NCBI GenBank assembly: GCA_031554255.1
Contig: JAVBKC010000020.1
Span: 2,120-66,119, forward strand
Length of the DNA: 64,000 nucleotides
Direction: 5' to 3'
From: Niveibacterium sp.
Lineage (GTDB): Bacteria; Pseudomonadota; Gammaproteobacteria; Burkholderiales; Rhodocyclaceae
Shown: positions 9,428 through 18,829 of the stretch, piece by piece
Position numbering within the stretch: the stretch's first letter is position 1
Layout: every line of letters starts with the position of its first letter
Translations under genes and position numbers: made by a program
The notes under the pieces: generated by a model
Seen by the model: only the letters and a program-made list of their open reading frames with translations
The model's database searches: none
What the model was told of the DNA's origin: nothing

Positions 9428-12400
9428 GTGGATGCTCCGGAACAGAAGAACGACAGGCCGCCCTTCCAATTGCCGGCCCTGATCGCGGCCCTGCTGGCGG
9501 CGGCGCTGGCGGCGGTCAGCCTCAATCGCGCGCCAATACCCGACAGCAATCGGCCGCCACCTGACAAACCGGCGATCAGTGAGAGCCTGCTTGTCGATGC
9601 GCGGCTCTGGGAAGATCCGCTCGAAAGCCTGCCGCGGCGCGACGAAGCCGGCAAATTTAATAGCGCCTGCAAGCCGACGGATCTCGCCTGGCCCTCGAAC
9701 GAGGCCGACGACGATTCGCGCCAAGTCGCGCTGGTCGTGATTGCCGACGAAGGGCGTTCGAGCGAGGACCGCGAACGCCGAATCCGCGCGCGCGCCGCGG
9801 TGCTCGCCGCGCTCAATCGCTGGGGCTACGAGCCCGACGATCCCGAACATCTGGCAATCCGCTGCCTGTCGGACACGGCGTCCGCTAACCCTGCCGAGGT
9901 AATCCAGGCTGCCACCGTCGAGCAATACAAGCTCGTCAAGGACAAGGAAGATCAACAACGCGCCTCCCGCCTCGGCGGCAGCGACCCTTACGCCGGGCGT
10001 GCAGCGCGGGCGCGGATTTACTGGATCGGCGACAGCCCGCTGCGCAGCCAGCCTTCGTCGCAAGGCGTCTTTACCGCCTATGCGCGCCAACTCAGGAGCA
10101 TCGTGCAGGATGCAGGTCCCGACGTTCCGCTGCTCGTCTTGGGTCCGCTCAATCGCGATGTCGCCGATGCGCTCTCGCGCGGCGCGCGCTGCAATCCCGC
10201 TGCCGCGAGCAAACCGCTGCCGGATTGCAGCGACGACTTCGTGCCGGCGCATCGGGCATTCCGCGCGTTCCATACCCATCCGGGTTCGCCAACGCAACAC
10301 GGGCAACCCGCTTTCACCAGCTTCGAGCTTGGCCACACCGACGGCGAACTCGCCCACGCATTGATCACCGAACTCGAACTGCGCGGGCTCAACGTGACGC
10401 GCCCAAACGACGACTACGCGATGCTGCCGGCTGCGACAGGCACCGAAATACAGCGTTACGCCTGCCTCTTCAACGACCACGTGGCGCTGCTCAACGAGTG
10501 GGATACCCAGTACGCACGCGATTTCCGCCGAGCCTTCGCGAGCGAGCTCGGCAACACGGCATCCGGCCTCAAGGCCGAAATAAAGCGCTGGGAAACACCC
10601 AACCTGCATGGCTTCGCCTTCACGCGCGGCCTCGACGGAAAGTCGCTGCGACAGGAAAAATCCGCCACAAATAAGGACGCCCGCCAGACGAAGGACGGCG
10701 ACGCTGCAAAAGCGCCCCAGGCCGACGATTACGAGCAGTCGAACGGCACCAGCCAGCGCGACTACGTACGCCGACTGGCCGAAGAGATCGCCGCGCGCGA
10801 CGCTGCGCTCAAAGCCTCGTGCCGGCGCGACGCTATCGGCATCCATGCAATAGGCATTTTAGGGTCGGATTTTTACGACAAACTGATGCTCTTGCAGACC
10901 TTGCGTGCGCGCTTTCCGAACACCTTGTTTTTCACAACCGGCCTCGATGCGCGCCTGCTCGACCGGCAGAACACCGCATTCACGCGCAATCTGATCATCG
11001 CATCGCAATTCGACACGGCGCTCGCGCCGGCGATCCAGCGCTACATCATCCCGTTCCGCGATTCGGGCCAGAGCGCACTTTTCCTCGCCAGTTCGCTCGC
11101 GCTGCTCAATGCCAACGTTGCCGATCGGCCCGAGTCCACACGCGAACTGGACCGCCTGATCGGCCGCTGGAGCAAACCCGGCCCGCGCGTTTTCGAAATC
11201 GGACTTGCTCAAACGCATCCGCTCAATCCGTTCAGCGCTGCCGACCAATGCAGGATGGCAGCCAGTTCAGAAAGCGCCGATAACCTCTTCGGATGCCTCG
11301 ACGTGCACCCACCCCGCACGCCGCTCCGAGGCGGCGCGCTCAAAAGCGCGGTGGCGCTGATTTTCGTCCTGATCGCGGTCTATCTGCTCGGCGCGACCGT
11401 TTGGGCACCGGCACAGCGCGGCGCTTTCTTCGTCATTCTCGGCGCGGGCATGCTGCTCTTGATCCTGCCGCTCGCGATCTTCGGCATCCTCAGCCAACTC
11501 GCCAGCTTCTGGCGCGAAGAGCCGCTGGCCTGGCTCGATGGCGTCAGCATCTGGCCCGGCCTCTGGCTGCGTTGGGTCGCGCTGATACTCGGCCTGTGCA
11601 TGCTCGCGCTCGTCGGCCGCCTGATCATGCGCTCGGTGATCGAAACCGGCCGCCAATTCGATCTCACCTCGCTGCCGCCAGCCCCTCTGCCCACCTGGCG
11701 CCACCGCTGCTGGCGCACATTGCAACTGACGCGCGAGATCCTGCAACGGCGCCTGCGCGCGGCCCTGCTTGGCGGCCAGGCCGGCGCCCCGCTCCGCCCC
11801 GCGCAGGAAGCCTGGGTACTCTTCAAAATCGGCATCGCGCCAGGCCCGCAAAGCCTCATCGGCTGCATTTGGGCGGTGCTCGTGCAACTTGTCATTTTCC
11901 GGGTCTGGTACAGCCACCCTTCGTTGGTCCCGATTCGCGGCCCGCTGTCGACAACGCTATTCACGATCGTGGCGACGGCAAACGGCTTTTTCTTCCTGCT
12001 TCTGCTCTTCCTCTCGTTATCGACTGCCCTGCGCCTGAAGGTGCTCGCGCGCGATCTGTCGCGCATAACGTCCAACTGGCCCAGCGCCGTCGTCGCAGCG
12101 GCGAAACGGCATCTCCAGGGCGGATTTTGCCGCGCAGCGACAATCGAAAAAGCGCGCTGGGAAGCCCTCAACGCACAACGCGAGAGCGACTTCTGGACAC
12201 ACGACACCACGCTGCGCACGAATTACGACAGCGCGATGGACATCTACATCGACATCTCGCTGCTGGCGAGCGTATCGCGCGGCAACGAATGGGTGCTCTA
12301 TATGCCGGGCGCGCTGCTCTCGCTGATCCTCGCCAGCCGCTGGAGCTATTTCGACGCCTGGACGCTCGATCCCGTGGTGCTCGTCATCCTCACACTGTTC

Positions 12401-12676
12401 GCGGCCAGCGCACTTCTGACCGTCATGATCGCAAGCTCGGCAGGACGCCGCGCGCGCAGCGCGGCACTGCAAGAACTCGACAGCATTTCGGCCGGTATCC
12501 GCACACAGCAAGAAAACCTCGCCGAACTCATCCGCCATATCCGCGCCTATGTCGGCACAGTGAATGACGGCATTTTCCGCGCCGGTCAGTGGAACCTGCT
12601 GCGCGCGCTGATCCTGCCGATCGCGAGCGCAACGGGGCTGCGCGGGATCGAGGTGATGATGAACTTGTTCCAGTAG
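9428..12676 (+). CDS. Large (1082 aa) membrane protein of unknown function
   Basis: Uninterrupted ORF with strong GC3 bias. N-terminal TM (LPALIAALLAAALAAVSL), then a hydrophilic region of about 600 aa with alternating beta-alpha-like segments (VALVVIADEG, LLVLGPLNRD, IHAIGILGSDFYDKLMLLQTLRARF), then about 8 predicted TM helices. I recognise no catalytic motif. GTG start preceded by GGGGG. Confidence 0.7.
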   Translation: MDAPEQKNDRPPFQLPALIAALLAAALAAVSLNRAPIPDSNRPPPDKPAISESLLVDARLWEDPLESLPRRDEAGKFNSACKPTDLAWPSNEADDDSRQVALVVIADEGRSSEDRERRIRARAAVLAALNRWGYEPDDPEHLAIRCLSDTASANPAEVIQAATVEQYKLVKDKEDQQRASRLGGSDPYAGRAARARIYWIGDSPLRSQPSSQGVFTAYARQLRSIVQDAGPDVPLLVLGPLNRDVADALSRGARCNPAAASKPLPDCSDDFVPAHRAFRAFHTHPGSPTQHGQPAFTSFELGHTDGELAHALITELELRGLNVTRPNDDYAMLPAATGTEIQRYACLFNDHVALLNEWDTQYARDFRRAFASELGNTASGLKAEIKRWETPNLHGFAFTRGLDGKSLRQEKSATNKDARQTKDGDAAKAPQADDYEQSNGTSQRDYVRRLAEEIAARDAALKASCRRDAIGIHAIGILGSDFYDKLMLLQTLRARFPNTLFFTTGLDARLLDRQNTAFTRNLIIASQFDTALAPAIQRYIIPFRDSGQSALFLASSLALLNANVADRPESTRELDRLIGRWSKPGPRVFEIGLAQTHPLNPFSAADQCRMAASSESADNLFGCLDVHPPRTPLRGGALKSAVALIFVLIAVYLLGATVWAPAQRGAFFVILGAGMLLLILPLAIFGILSQLASFWREEPLAWLDGVSIWPGLWLRWVALILGLCMLALVGRLIMRSVIETGRQFDLTSLPPAPLPTWRHRCWRTLQLTREILQRRLRAALLGGQAGAPLRPAQEAWVLFKIGIAPGPQSLIGCIWAVLVQLVIFRVWYSHPSLVPIRGPLSTTLFTIVATANGFFFLLLLFLSLSTALRLKVLARDLSRITSNWPSAVVAAAKRHLQGGFCRAATIEKARWEALNAQRESDFWTHDTTLRTNYDSAMDIYIDISLLASVSRGNEWVLYMPGALLSLILASRWSYFDAWTLDPVVLVILTLFAASALLTVMIASSAGRRARSAALQELDSISAGIRTQQENLAELIRHIRAYVGTVNDGIFRAGQWNLLRALILPIASATGLRGIEVMMNLFQ

Positions 12677-12869
12677 GCGAGAACTCCGTGCCGGATTTCA
12701 TCCCGGAACGCGGTCCACACGGTATGGGACAGTATCCGATCCTGGTGATATCGCGACGAAAACGGGCGTTTTTCGAGAAACCCTTGAGTCATCGACGGGA
12801 TTTGGCGTGCGATTTTTCCCATTTCGCGAGCTGCCCCGTTAAGCTCGCGTCTTTGCTCGAAACGCTGCC

Positions 12870-13715
12870 ATGCACCGCCTGCTCTCCTTTTGTTTCATCG
12901 CCTTGGCCTGTCTTTTCGGCGCGGCGCACGCGCGCGCCGATAGTTTCATTACGCGCCTGCTCGACAAGCGCGTGCCCGGCGGCATTGCCGTGCTTGCGCT
13001 CGGCAACGCAGCAACGCCGCCCAGTGCGTTCTACCTCGAAAAACCCGTCATGGTGGTACGCGAGGAGGGTCGCGATTGGATCGCAATCGTCGGTATTCCG
13101 CTCGCGGCCCAGGGCGCGCAACAGATCGAGGTACGCGACGCCGACGGTGCGCGCCAACTGACTTTCGCTCTTGGCACCAAACGCTATGCCGAGCAGCACA
13201 TTCAGCTCAAGGACAAGCGCATGGTCACGCCGCCGCCCGAGGAAGCGGTACGCATCGAACGCGAGATGGCCGAACAGGCGCGCGCCTATCGGAGCTTCAG
13301 CCCAAACACGCCGAGCAATCTGAAACTCGATAAACCGGTGGCCGGTCCGCTATCGAGCGCCTTCGGGCTGCGGCGTTTCTTCAACGGCGAAGCGCGCAAT
13401 CCGCATTCCGGGCTGGATTTCGCCGTGCCTGCCGGCACGCCGATCAAAGCACCCGCTGCAGGCAAGGTGATCCTGGCCGACAAGCTTTACTTCAATGGTA
13501 ATGCGGTGTTTATCGATCACGGACAGGGCTTGATCAGCATGATCTGCCATATGTCGCGCATCGATGTCAAAGTCGGCGATGAAGTCCCGCGCGGCGGCAT
13601 CATCGGCGCCGTCGGCGCCACCGGCCGTGCAACCGGGCCGCATATGCACTGGAATGTGAGCCTGAACGATGTTCGCGTCGATCCGGCGATTTTCATCGGC
13701 GCGTTCAAGCCCTGA
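12870..13715 (+). CDS. M23-family (LytM-type) peptidoglycan endopeptidase, exported
   Basis: Signal peptide, then HSGLDFAVPAGTPIKAPAAGKV...IDHGQGLISMICHMS...GATGRATGPHMHW (HxxxD and HxH motifs). Confidence 0.9.
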   Translation: MHRLLSFCFIALACLFGAAHARADSFITRLLDKRVPGGIAVLALGNAATPPSAFYLEKPVMVVREEGRDWIAIVGIPLAAQGAQQIEVRDADGARQLTFALGTKRYAEQHIQLKDKRMVTPPPEEAVRIEREMAEQARAYRSFSPNTPSNLKLDKPVAGPLSSAFGLRRFFNGEARNPHSGLDFAVPAGTPIKAPAAGKVILADKLYFNGNAVFIDHGQGLISMICHMSRIDVKVGDEVPRGGIIGAVGATGRATGPHMHWNVSLNDVRVDPAIFIGAFKP

Positions 13716-13958
13716 ATTTTTACTTATTTTTTGGTCGCAGCCGTTTTACTTTGCGGTTGCGTAGCCGTTATTAGACTTAGCGGCTAGACATGGCACGGCG
13801 ATCGGCGGTCCGTGCGGTGCAACTCGCCTCGGACGCTGACAAAAAATCGCAATCGCTTCATGCCGATCGATATGAATTTGCAGAACTTAACATCGTGAAT
13901 GTCAAAATACCGTCGCGGCCAGTACAAGCATTTGAAGAGATAAAACTCGGGGCTTGCG

Positions 13959-14987
13959 GTGCAAGAGATGCATTCGAATATAAAAATATCCGTTAACACC
14001 ATGAATCAAGCAGCCGGCACGATCACACACATCACAGGCAGGGCCTGGGTCCGCCACGCCGACGGCAGCATGCACGCGCTACGCCTCGGCGACCGCATCC
14101 TTGAGGCGATGGTTATCGTCACCGAGGCTAACAGCGGCGTCGAACTACTCGGCGCGCATGGCCATGCGCTGACGATAGGCGCAGGGCGCGAAGTGCTTGC
14201 CGACATCAACCTGCTGGCGCAGGATGTGCCGGCTCCGCACGAGGCAGCCGTACGGCAGCTCGACGACAACTTCGATCGCACCCCGTTCGACGCGGTCAAC
14301 GCGCCGTCCGCCGATCTCGATCCAAACTCGGTCAACTATGCCAACGGCGAATACAGCGAATCGCATGGCCTGGTTCAGATGCTACTGCAGCGACTCGGCG
14401 GAACCGAGGCCGCGCCAGGGGTTTTGGCAGCAAGTGGGCAGGCCCATGCCGCACACGGACTCGACAATGCGCCGGTTCCGTTCGCGCTGCTCGATCCTCC
14501 GTCCGGCAGCAGCGCGCAGCATGCGACCGCCATTCCGATCCGCCTCGACGATAACCCTGTCGACACAAGCAAGGTTTTGATCGATGGCCCTGGCAACGAA
14601 ACGCTAACCGGTGGCTCCGGTGCCAGCACCTTTGTCTGGCGACTTGAGAGCGTCAGCGTGAAGGACCACGCCCCGGTCGATACGATCACCGACTTCGGCC
14701 ACAACGGCAAACACGATGTGCTCGATCTGAGCGATCTGCTCCAGGGCGAGAGTCACAATGGCAATTCGAGCGGTAATTTGACGAATTATCTGCATATCGA
14801 GCAGTCCGGCGGCGATGCGGTAATCCATATCAGTAGCCAGGGCGGCTTTTCCACCGGTTACTCGTCGCGGGCCGAGGACCAGACAATCGTGTTGCGTAAT
14901 GTCGACCTGACGCAGGGCGGCGCGCTGCATTCCGACCAGCAAATCATCACGGATCTGTTCAAGAGCGGAAAGCTGCACACCGACTAA
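13959..14987 (+). CDS. Small type I secretion substrate with an N-terminal LapA-like retention module and a C-terminal T1SS target domain (VC_A0849 subclass)
   Basis: N-terminus ITHITGRAWVRHADGSMHALRLGDRILEAMVIVTEANSGVELL resembles retention modules. C-terminus TGGSGASTFVW...VDTITDFGHNGKHDVLDLSDLLQGE...NLTNYLHIEQSGGDAVIHISSQGGF...DQTIVLRNVDL...IITDLFKSGKLHTD matches the T1SS C-terminal target domain. An alternative start is MNQAAG at 14001. Confidence 0.8.
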   Translation: MQEMHSNIKISVNTMNQAAGTITHITGRAWVRHADGSMHALRLGDRILEAMVIVTEANSGVELLGAHGHALTIGAGREVLADINLLAQDVPAPHEAAVRQLDDNFDRTPFDAVNAPSADLDPNSVNYANGEYSESHGLVQMLLQRLGGTEAAPGVLAASGQAHAAHGLDNAPVPFALLDPPSGSSAQHATAIPIRLDDNPVDTSKVLIDGPGNETLTGGSGASTFVWRLESVSVKDHAPVDTITDFGHNGKHDVLDLSDLLQGESHNGNSSGNLTNYLHIEQSGGDAVIHISSQGGFSTGYSSRAEDQTIVLRNVDLTQGGALHSDQQIITDLFKSGKLHTD

Positions 14988-15012
14988 GCTTGACGTGCGT
15001 GTTGCGGAAGGT

Positions 15013-15744
15013 TTATCCGTCCGTCTTCGCACCGGCGACCGCTTCGGCCAGCCAAAGGCAACGGCTCTTGTTGGCCTTGGCAATGCCCGCGAGCACTGCG
15101 GCATGAGCCGCGAGTTCCTCGGCGCTCGCACGTAGGACCTTCAAAGGCTTGCGTTCGCGCAACAACGCTTGCGCCGCTTCTCCAGAGGCAGGAGGCGGAT
15201 CGATTTCGAAATCCATGATCAGGCTGTCCTGACCGCGCGTCATCGCAATAAAGACATCGGCCAAGAGTTCCGAGTCGAGCAGGGCGCCGTGCAGCGTGCG
15301 ATGACCGTTATCGATTTCGTAGCGCTGACAAAGCGCGTCGAGCGAGGCTTTCTTGCCTGGGTTCAGCTCCTTGGCCATCTTCAGCGTATCGGTCACGCTG
15401 CTGCTGAGTGCAGAGAGATTCGGCAGGCCGAGTTTGTCGAACTCCATATCGAGAAAGCCGACGTCGAACGGCGCGTTATGAATGATAAGCTCGGCGTCAG
15501 CAATAAAATCCGCGAAATCTGCCGCAATTTCGCGGAATTTCGGCTTATCTTCCAAAAATTCGTCGCTGATGCCGTGTACCGCCATCGCACCGGGGTCAAC
15601 CGGCCGTTCCGGGTTGATGTAGGCGTGATAGTGGCGGCCCGAGAGCTTGCGGTTGAGCAGCTCGACGCAGCCGATTTCGATCACGCGATCGCCGTTGCGC
15701 CATTCGAGGCCAGTGGTTTCGGTATCGAGCACGACCTGCCGCAT
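15013..15744 (-). CDS. dnaQ: DNA polymerase III epsilon subunit (3'-5' exonuclease)
   Basis: Contains [13 protein letters not shown] (Exo I), HGISDEFL and IIHNAPFDVGFL...HGALLDSELL (Exo II/III). Start overlaps the rnhA stop by 1 nt. Confidence 0.93.
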   Translation of the reverse strand: MRQVVLDTETTGLEWRNGDRVIEIGCVELLNRKLSGRHYHAYINPERPVDPGAMAVHGISDEFLEDKPKFREIAADFADFIADAELIIHNAPFDVGFLDMEFDKLGLPNLSALSSSVTDTLKMAKELNPGKKASLDALCQRYEIDNGHRTLHGALLDSELLADVFIAMTRGQDSLIMDFEIDPPPASGEAAQALLRERKPLKVLRASAEELAAHAAVLAGIAKANKSRCLWLAEAVAGAKTDG

Positions 15745-16193
15745 CACTTCGCCCTCACTTGTTCGACGCCGCGCCGCGCCAGCGCGTCGGCGCGTTCGTT
15801 CTCGACATGGCCGGCGTGGCCGCGAACCCAGATCCATTCGACTTTGTGCTGAGCGGCGAGCCGGTCGAGTTCGCGCCAGAGGTCTTCGTTCTTGACGGGT
15901 TTATTGTCGGATGTCTTCCAGCCGCGTCGCTTCCAGCCGTGAATCCATTCCGAGATGCCCTTCTGCACATATTGCGAGTCGGTATGGACGCGCGCCGCGA
16001 CCGGCCGCGTGAGGCTGGCGAGCGCCTGAATAACGGCGGTCATTTCCATGCGGTTATTGGTCGTTGCGGGTTCACCGCCGAAAAGTTCCTTTTCGTGCGC
16101 GCCACAGCGCAGGATCGCACCCCAGCCGCCAGGACCAGGGTTTCCGCTGCAAGCGCCATCGGTGAATATGTCTATTGCCGATTCGTTCATCAT
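15744..16193 (-). CDS. rnhA: Ribonuclease HI
   Basis: Contains [20 protein letters not shown]...[15 protein letters not shown]...VHTDSQYV...[18 protein letters not shown]. Start at MMNES (16193). Confidence 0.93.
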   Translation of the reverse strand: MMNESAIDIFTDGACSGNPGPGGWGAILRCGAHEKELFGGEPATTNNRMEMTAVIQALASLTRPVAARVHTDSQYVQKGISEWIHGWKRRGWKTSDNKPVKNEDLWRELDRLAAQHKVEWIWVRGHAGHVENERADALARRGVEQVRAK

Positions 16194-16927
16194 GGTTCCA
16201 TCGTTTTTTGGGTGGGAGCCGGCCGCTTCTGCGCCACCGCAGCCAGAGCCTTGGAATTTTTGCGGCCATTGCGCCAGGCGGGCGCGATCAAGCGCATGCC
16301 TGGCACGCGCTTGATCGCCTTGACGCTGTAGGCGCCGCCGGCAAATGGCCACCAGCGCTTGCCGGCGCGGTCCATGAAACCATAGCGCTCGATCCACCGC
16401 TGTTGCATCACCGGCGGAATATAAGCGCCCAAGTTACCGCACTCGATCTCGAAACCGAGCAATTGCAACCAGTCCTTGAGTCGCAAAGGGCTCAGGAACT
16501 GGCCTTGCCACGGGAACACGCCGTCGCGCCGCGCAAGCAACCGGCGCGCACCCCAGAGACTCACCGGGTTGAGGCCCGTAATCACGAGCCGCCCCTCAGG
16601 CACGAGCACGCGCTCGACTTCGCGCAGCACCTGGTGCGGATGCGGCGAGAATTCGAGCACATGCGGCAGCACGACCAGATCCACGCTCTGGTTTTCGAGC
16701 GGCAGCGCGTAGGGCACGGCACAAAGGTAGCCGCAGCCATGTTCGTCGCAGCAGAAACGAAAACCGATCCGGTTTTCGCGCAGGTAGTCGCGTTCGGGCA
16801 GGCCGACCTGGACAGCGCGAAAGCCGAAGACATCGGCGACGAGGGCGTCGACCCGGCCCAGTTCCCACTCGATCAGGTACTGGCCGAGCGGGGTTTCCAG
16901 CCAGGCGGCAAATTCGGGAATTGACAT
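16190..16927 (-). CDS. Class I SAM-dependent methyltransferase (the conserved gloB-rnhA neighbour)
   Basis: Contains [37 protein letters not shown] and sits in the conserved position between gloB and rnhA. Start at MSIPEF. ATGA overlap with rnhA. Confidence 0.75.
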   Translation of the reverse strand: MSIPEFAAWLETPLGQYLIEWELGRVDALVADVFGFRAVQVGLPERDYLRENRIGFRFCCDEHGCGYLCAVPYALPLENQSVDLVVLPHVLEFSPHPHQVLREVERVLVPEGRLVITGLNPVSLWGARRLLARRDGVFPWQGQFLSPLRLKDWLQLLGFEIECGNLGAYIPPVMQQRWIERYGFMDRAGKRWWPFAGGAYSVKAIKRVPGMRLIAPAWRNGRKNSKALAAVAQKRPAPTQKTMEP

Positions 16928-16955
16928 CGGTACGGGGAAGCCGAAAATTGCCAGA

Positions 16956-17723
16956 ATGCAGATTGTTCCGCTTTCCGCCTTTTCGGACAACTATATCTGG
17001 GCGCTCGTGGCAGGCGGCGATTGTATCGTCGTAGACCCGGGCGATGCTGCGCCGGTCGAAGCATTTCTTGCCGAGCGCGGTCTTGCGCTGCGCGCGATCC
17101 TCGTCACGCATCATCATGCCGACCATATCGGCGGCCTGGCCGAACTGGCCGCGCGCCACGCGCCGCGCATCGTGGGGCCGCAAGACGCGCGCATCGCCGG
17201 GCTTACCCAGAGCGTGGCCGACGGCCAACGCGTCCGACTGATGCTGGATGGCCGCGAATACGCGTTCGAGGTCATCGGCGTCCCCGGCCATACGCTCACC
17301 CATATCGCCTACCACGGCGAGGGCCTGCTGTTCTGCGGCGACACCTTGTTTTCGGCTGGCTGCGGCCGGCTCTTCGAGGGCAGTCCAAAAGAAATGCACA
17401 GCTCGCTCGCGCGACTCGCGGCACTGCCCGCCGATACGCGCGTTTGCTGCGCGCACGAATACACCTTGTCCAACCTGCGCTTCGCGCTGGGTATCGAGCC
17501 TGCGAACCCGGCGCTGCGCGCGCGCGCGCAACAGTGCGAAGCCTTGCGCGCCGAAGGCCGGCCGACGCTACCCTCGACAATCGCAATCGAGCTGGCCACG
17601 AACCCGTTTCTGCGCGCCAGCGAGCCTACCGTCGCAGCGGCGGCGGCCAAACACGCAGGCCACGCTATGGCCGACGCAAGCGAAACCTTCGCAACCCTGC
17701 GCGAATGGAAGAACGGCGTCTGA
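16956..17723 (+). CDS. gloB: Hydroxyacylglutathione hydrolase (glyoxalase II)
   Basis: Contains FSDNYIWALV...VDPGDA...ILVTHHHADHIGG...PGHTLTHIAY...FCGDTLF...CAHEYT. Confidence 0.93.
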   Translation: MQIVPLSAFSDNYIWALVAGGDCIVVDPGDAAPVEAFLAERGLALRAILVTHHHADHIGGLAELAARHAPRIVGPQDARIAGLTQSVADGQRVRLMLDGREYAFEVIGVPGHTLTHIAYHGEGLLFCGDTLFSAGCGRLFEGSPKEMHSSLARLAALPADTRVCCAHEYTLSNLRFALGIEPANPALRARAQQCEALRAEGRPTLPSTIAIELATNPFLRASEPTVAAAAAKHAGHAMADASETFATLREWKNGV

Positions 17724-17734
17724 TTTGCGAGCGT

Positions 17735-18697
17735 TTACGGGGCCGGCAGCGCCACCCTGTTGCGGCCCGCGCGCTTGGCGAGATAAAGCGCAGCGTCGGC
17801 GCGCGCAATCAGGCGCGCCGGCAACGCATCGTTGCGCGTGGGTACCAACGCGGTAACGCCCAAACTCAGCGTCACGGCGTCGCAATCGCTATCGACTTCC
17901 GGCGCATGCGGAATTTTTAATGCGAGAACGGCAATGCGCAGATTCTCCGCCACCTGCTGCCCGCCGGCCTCATCGGTGTCGGGCAGGATGACCGCGAACT
18001 CCTCGCCGCCGTAGCGTGCGACCAGATCGCCGGGGCGCCGCACATTCGCAGCCAGGCAGAGCGCGACCTGGCGCAGACATTCGTCGCCGGCCAGATGCCC
18101 GTAATGGTCGTTGTAGCGCTTGAACCAATCGATATCGCAGAGAATCAGGGCTAGCGTCGCGCCACGCCGCTGGGCGCGACGCCATTCGCGCTCAAGGGCT
18201 TCGTCGAAACGGCGCCGGTTCGCGATGCCGGTCAGGCCATCGCTGGCGGAAAGATGCAGGAGTTCGCGGTTTGCATCGTCGAGACGGCGCGTGAGTACGA
18301 CAAGCGAGGAACGCATCTGGGCGAAGCGCTGCATCGCGCGCACCTTGGCCGCCAGCACGACGCGGCTGACCGGCCTGAACAGATAGTCGTCGCCGCCCGC
18401 CGCGATGCCGCGTTCGAGATCCTCGTCCGTGCTGGGCTCGGCCAAGAAAACAATCGGCGTCCATTCGCCGCGCAGTTCGATCTGGCGAATCCGCCGAGCC
18501 AGCCCGAAACCATCGAGGTCCGCTCGGCTCGCGTCGAGCAGCACAATAGCGGGCCGTTGTTCGCGAAAGCATTGCAAGCCCTCTTCGGCTTCGTACGCAA
18601 TCAGCGCCTCGATGCCGAGAGACCACAAGTGTTCCGAGATCAGCGTCGCGTCCGCGACCGATGCTTCGAGAACAAGTGCTTTGAGCGCCTCTTTCAT
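17735..18697 (-). CDS. Response-regulator-type diguanylate cyclase (REC-like domain plus GGDEF)
   Basis: Contains DGLTGIANRRRFD, DIDWFKRYNDHYGHLAGD and RPGDLVARYGGEEF (canonical A-site and I-site). The N-terminal CheY-like domain has several non-canonical residues (see findings). Confidence 0.88.
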   Translation of the reverse strand: MKEALKALVLEASVADATLISEHLWSLGIEALIAYEAEEGLQCFREQRPAIVLLDASRADLDGFGLARRIRQIELRGEWTPIVFLAEPSTDEDLERGIAAGGDDYLFRPVSRVVLAAKVRAMQRFAQMRSSLVVLTRRLDDANRELLHLSASDGLTGIANRRRFDEALEREWRRAQRRGATLALILCDIDWFKRYNDHYGHLAGDECLRQVALCLAANVRRPGDLVARYGGEEFAVILPDTDEAGGQQVAENLRIAVLALKIPHAPEVDSDCDAVTLSLGVTALVPTRNDALPARLIARADAALYLAKRAGRNRVALPAP

Positions 18698-18829
18698 GTT
18701 TCACGCGGGAAAATCGCGCCACCTCTTGACTAAGTCGTTCAAATTACGGACTTTTTTGGGTTCTGTTCGGTTTGACCCTGTACCCGATAGGCGAATAAAA
18801 TCCGGCCTTCAACAGGTTTGGGCAACGCT

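Noticed and set aside
8567-10846. 759-aa minus-strand ORF, one of the longest in the track
   Set aside because: It lies antisense to the SpeE-like gene, which has clear methyltransferase motifs, and to the N-terminal third of the 1082-aa plus-strand ORF. Its translation is Arg/Ala/Gly-rich with no motif. This is the typical shadow ORF of high-GC DNA.
12795-12815. Sigma-54-like TGGCGTGCGATTTTTCC upstream of the M23 peptidase
   Set aside because: The GG is present, but there is no properly spaced GC (-12) element matching TGGCAC-N5-TTGC.
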